Positions 58,710 through 64,000 of a stretch of 64,000 nucleotides of DNA are shown here, in pieces; within the stretch, counting starts at the first letter, position 1; each line of letters opens with the position of its first letter. The stretch covers positions 1-64,000 of the forward strand of contig JAUCBJ010000116.1 of assembly GCA_032718475.1 (NCBI GenBank), given 5' to 3'. The notes below the pieces were generated by a model. That model did no database searches, had not been told where the DNA came from, and saw only the letters and a program-made list of their open reading frames with translations. The position numbers and the translations under genes were made by a program. The DNA comes from Nemertoderma westbladi (taxonomy: Eukaryota; Animalia; Xenacoelomorpha).

Positions 58710-61700
58710 TACCGTATAATAATTAATTAATTTAATTAACCATCGCCATCCAAATATCAACATTTATTTTATTTAAGATTTAATTTGTATGAAATGTAAT
58801 TACGTGAATATTAACAATTTTTGAGTGGAGAGAATTATTTTTATCGTTTCTTAATCCTTTTAGGCTATCTATCTTTTTATATCACTTATCATTTTGTCAC
58901 TTGTGAAACACAACTAATTTTTACCATGGTTCAAGTTCATGCTATTCTAAAAAATCGAAAGTGTACGTGTCATTACAAATTGGACAATGCTATTGTCAAT
59001 GCATTTATTTTATTATACAAACAGTACCGCAGGTGAATATAATCACTGTACATGTACATACATACAGTGATTATGACTATTTTATTTATTTACTCATTTA
59101 ACAGTGTGTATATATATATATAAATATCTTTTGTAATATGTTTGCCAATCTTAATTATTTTAATGCTTCCTTTTACTCGTTAGTCGTTACACTGTCTAGC
59201 GTCACTCTACCTTATTTTATTTTGAGCTGTTGACGCAACTTTTTTTATAAATGATTTTATTCAGCCCGTGTTTTACACTACACTACGATTTACATGTGTC
59301 ATGCATACTGTGTACTATTGCCCTATTTATATTCAATCCGGACAGACGTATTTCCATAGTAACTAACTGTATTGCATGCTTTAAATGTGCCAGTATAATA
59401 TATTTTACTTGCCTCTTTTCTTACTTACTCTACGTAAAACAAAATACCGGTATATTGTCTCAAACTAATTTAACAGTACTTTATTATTGTGATATATTTG
59501 TGAATTATGGGTGCTAAAAGTATATACACTTTCCGTATCACCCTTTTAACTATTAAACTATTAAACTATAATAGGCCTAACCAACAACGGATCAATTTCT
59601 GGCAGGCATAACACCGAATGACCGAAACTTATCAACAGCGGCTAAACGGGATTTATGTGAAACCATCGATCGCGAACCTGCCGGTGACCAGAGTTCTGGA
59701 ATTGGCGGTTTTTATCCCGCCTTTCATCATCTCTACCATTTATCGCGATTGTGATAGATTCGGAACCGGCCTGACTGCGGATGTTGCAACGCGACATTTT
59801 CTAGAAATTTACAGGCGTTATTTTCGTTTTAACGCCGTTTTATCCCGCAAATCCGTGTTAGCTGCTACCCCTAAAATGTAAAACCATTATTCCAGCTGGT
59901 TTCCTGACAACTGCGGAACTGACTGCAAGCAGTCAGCAGTGTGATACTGTGATACAGCTGTACCAGTGTACAGGTGCTGAGGTGTACCGTCATTTAATTC
60001 AGTAATTCTGTACGGCAACGGCAGTACAGCAGTACTGCTGTACAAACTTGCGCTTAGCAAACAAACTTAGCTAAAAAGCTTATGCAAACTGAGATCTGTA
60101 GGCCAACTGAACTGTGTAATACCTATGCATGAACTGTACTGCTGTATGCTTTGCTTACGCTTTCGTCAGTCATATAGACCAATAGACGTACTGCTGTACT
60201 GCTAAGATAGGCCTTATCACAGTATCAGGTTCCCAGGTAGGCCTACCTGCTACCGGCTGACTAGTAATGCTAACCCATAGATCAGTAGATTGTTGGACCG
60301 TACTGCCATAAAGCAACACATATACTGATATAGGCATAGGCCCGATGCATTTCTGCATTTAGCTGGAGTATGGAGTCGTGGAGTTCCGTAGACAACTCTG
60401 TAACTCGCCTAACTGCTGAACTGGTAAGCCTACCTGCCTACTGCGTAGCATACTGCCCTATACTGCTATAATAGGCCTAACCAACAACGGATCAATTTCT
60501 GGCAGGCATAACACCGAATGACCGAAACTTATCAACAGCGGCTAAACGGGATTTATGTGAAACCATCGATCGCGAACCTGCCGGTGACCAGAGTTCTGGA
60601 ATTGGCGGTTTTTATCCCGCCTTTCATTCATTAACTAGGATTATACCGGTAGGGTATATCAGTAGGACCTATATGGTTAAAGTAAAACCTGAAACACGAA
60701 GCGCAAACTCGGAACTATGGGTTACTTTTTGTTACAATGCTGCAATGAGAAGGGACAGAGTCGTAGTCGTACCAACGGGCAACTGCCAATATTGTTACTC
60801 GGTTCTTTGGTATGACGAAATTGAAGGATCACGATGTCTGGCAGTGGCAGGATGTGTCGTGTTGCACTAATGGGAAGTCGTTAACACGGCGTGATACGTA
60901 GGCGTGATACACTTTACTAAGTTGAGCGGTAAGTTGTTTTATTCAATATGGAACCATTGAGCCTATTTCAGTATTTATAATATCACATTTTTTATATTAT
61001 ATTATATTATTTATTATGAATGTTTATTACATTACATATGTTATATATATTACATAATTACAGTGAATACCATACTGTACATTGGTTTGTTGCCTTTACC
61101 TTTTCCTTACACTTCATATGTTATATTTTAATGCTATCTTTAGTGCTTGTTTTTAACTGATTTAATGTCAAATAAAAAATTCCAATTCCAATTCCATTCT
61201 ACGAACTCGACGATATGCTATAAATCATTTACAGTATTGGTGAATGGTAGAGGATTTATTGTCACGAATAAAATGCTTAAACATGTACCGGTATGTCAGT
61301 ATGTGTGATTTAATATCATTTTAAATGATACCGGTTCTTATATTAATAAGTCACTGTTTAATGTGATAGCGTTTTATGGACCCATGCGAGGCATACCATA
61401 CATTCTGCTGTTATATTTCACTTTGCAGTTTACCCCGATATGAATAATACCAGGTTTCCAGTAAGGTTACAGAAGGGCTGAATCTAACAAAAACAATATA
61501 CAAATTAGTATCCGTTAAGCCCAGGTTATAAATAGAAATAAGCGCATTTAGCACCTGAATATTATATAGTAGATTTAAGTACAAAGGAAATGATAAATAA
61601 TTATTTATTTTTTTTTTTAATAATTTTATTTATTTGTATTACGTATTTCTTTGGAGCCTTTAAAAGCATGTTAGGGTTTTTGAATCATGGAAACAAAGTA

Positions 61701-62823
61701 ATATTTTTAGTACAAGATATTATTTATATAAAGATATTATTTATATAGTTAATGTATTATTATTATTCGTATGGTTTTGTGAGGAGCGACGGTTCAATTT
61801 CACCCTGCTACTGGCAACGATGCCATTTGGTGATATTTGGTTAAATGACAGTAAAATTCGTATTTTTGTGTAAATTGTATGTTTCTTGTGAAGATTTTAA
61901 TAATTTAGTGAATTAAGTTGAATTAAGTTTTTTAATACTTTTTAATGTTTATTACGGTAATAGTTAAAATTTTATTTAACTATTTATTTATATTTAACAG
62001 GTGAACAATAGCCGCTACACTAATAATTAAATGGAAGTTGGATGTGCGAATGGAACCGCATTGTCAACGACTCCACAATATGTTCCACGCAGCTCTTGGA
62101 TCGAATCTCGCCCAGCGTAGAAACCTTAATTGCGTCGCCGCGAGCGGAGTGGGTGGTGGTGGTGAATAAATTCGTTGCATAAATTAAATAAACATACATA
62201 TTATATGAATATTATTACCGGTATGTATACACTTGTAGCAGCTAAAGTGATAAGGGTGAACAACTGATAACCAACTGTCACAGCCCTTGAAAATTATATA
62301 ATATAAGTGACAACTCAGACTTTAACTCTCGTCATATTACTTGTTTAATTAGTTAATAGCTTTTATTGAATGCATTTGTTTAGAATAAGTTGGTTATTGT
62401 GTTTGTCAATTAAATTTGCTTCATAATAATTATAATAATAATGTTAATTTTATGGTGAAGCCACATAAATAAATAAATAATCACAATGCAAAGCAAAGCA
62501 GGTTGCTCTAATGGCTTTTATTCAACTGATAACAGAGATCTGCTACACGATAGGCTGCGTGTTTAGGGGGACGCTGACAAGTCTGCAGTTCTCCAGTCTG
62601 CCGCTAATGGCCAAAATGGTTGAAAGTGAAAACCCGCCTATTTTTTGTTTATAATTATTTTGAGGTGATACTTTGCAGGTATCTACTACAGCATTGGTTG
62701 CGTCTCGGAAAGAACACTGCAACTCATGTGACCTTTTTTAAGTTATTTAATTAAGCTGTTTGTTTGAAGTCTAAACATGCTTGTGTACTAGAAAGCCGTG
62801 GCCGAAGGCCACGGGCTTTCTAG

Positions 62824-64000
62824 TCTATATATATCTATATATATAAATATCATGTGTCTGTCTGTCTGTTTGTCTGTCCAAACTATACGTTTCTACACAC
62901 AAGCACCAATCGGAGCTCGCGATACATCGAACGAAAGCTCTCGTCAGGAGCACGTGCACTGTCGCTATCTCGAGTCTTATTTTAAGTGTTTGTTTACATG
63001 AATGCAGATTTCGTGAATTCGGTACCGGTAGTGCAGTAGGCCTAGCAGTTCATTCTGTCACTCTACACGTTGGGTCTCGACTACTATGTTACTTTTTCAT
63101 GCGCATCTACGTGATGTAGACTGCCCCGAGCACATAGACGTGAAACGTCGTTATATCGATGCAAATTTTATGCATCATTTATGCGTGAATGCGTATTTGT
63201 GGTCAAATTGGGCTATTATTCCATAACCATTTTCAGCCAAATTTTTCAACCAGCAGGAAACCGGTTGCACCAACAGGTCTGTTCTAAATGATACTTTGCA
63301 GATACGTTCCTGACCATAGACTGTGTGTTTGAGAAGACACTGATCAATCGGCAGTTCTCCAGTCTGCCGCTAGGGGGCGAAATGTCAGAAACTGAAAACC
63401 TTCTCCCATCTCGTTATTATTAATGCCTTTTAGCTGATACGTGGCAGAGGTCTATTACACCATAGGCTGTGTGTTTTCGGAGGATGCTGACCAATCTGCA
63501 ATTCCCCAGTCTGCCGCTAGGGGGAGAAATATCTGAAAGTGAAAACCTTATCCCATTTCGTTGTTTATAATGCTTTTTTGATGATTTGGCAGAAGTTGAC
63601 TACACCATAGACTGCGTGTTTGTAGAGAACTCTGAATAATCTGAAATTCCTCTGTCTGCCGGTAGGGGGAGCAATGTCTGAAAGTGAAAACCTTCACCCA
63701 TTTCGTTGTTTATACTGCATTTTTTGCTGATATTTGGCAGAGGTCTACTACACAAAGACTGCGTGTTTGGGGAGGAGCTAGAACCAGTCTGCATTTCTCC
63801 AGTCTGCCGCTAGGGGGCCAAATGTCTGAAAGTAAAAACCTTATCCCATTTCGTTATTAATAATGCTTTTAGGCTGACACTTGGCAGATGTGTATTACAC
63901 CATAGGGTGTGTGTCTGGAGAGGACGCCGAACAACCTGCAGTTCTCTATTCGGCCGCTAGGGGGCGAAATGTCTGAACGTGAAAACCTTATCCCATTTTG
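62824..64000 (+). mobile_element. Another H1 Helitron-like copy, cut by the window end
   Basis: CTAG|TC junction; colinear with 29050-30250. Confidence 0.8.

Larger units (their letters stand above)
54449..59565 (+). mobile_element. Full-length CR1-clade LINE
   Basis: Two intact ORFs, 3' (ACTATTAA)n tail, CTATAATA on both sides, empty site at 60466-60473. Confidence 0.9.
53651..62823 (+). mobile_element. Helitron-like element (H3-type 5' end) with a 900-bp internal tandem duplication and a CR1 insertion
   Basis: 5' end homologous to 27363-27580; 59727-60626 duplicates 53701-54448 plus 59574-59726; terminal hairpin ends CTAG at 62823. Confidence 0.65.

Noticed and set aside
60630-62520. Host exons or captured gene fragments
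   Set aside because: Only isolated splice-like motifs and short ORFs with no recognisable domain.

Overview
Repeat-dense eukaryotic (animal-like) window with no recognisable host gene. It is a nest of transposable elements. (1) BEL/Pao LTR element A (minus strand, 21838 to the window start) is inserted in an RTE-like LINE and carries a second ORF with a WRN/EXD-like DEDD 3'-5' exonuclease domain plus three CCHC knuckles. (2) A related, internally deleted BEL element B (plus, 2928-9504) sits inside that ORF, joined through a complex duplication/inversion. (3) A distant BEL element C (31167-48891) has 1.9-kb LTRs containing a Pol III A/B-box cassette, an unknown ORF2 and a dispersed 20-nt palindrome. 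(4) A head-to-tail chain of Helitron-like elements has ~147-bp internal repeats that each carry a CTCF-like motif. (5) A full-length CR1 LINE is present. The top finding is that none of the three BEL elements has a TGG/tRNA primer-binding site. In each, the 9-11 nt just after the 5' LTR are exactly complementary to a segment inside the same LTR, with three compensatory changes between A and B. This points to tRNA-independent self-priming in BEL/Pao elements. All calls are by eye; no searches were run.
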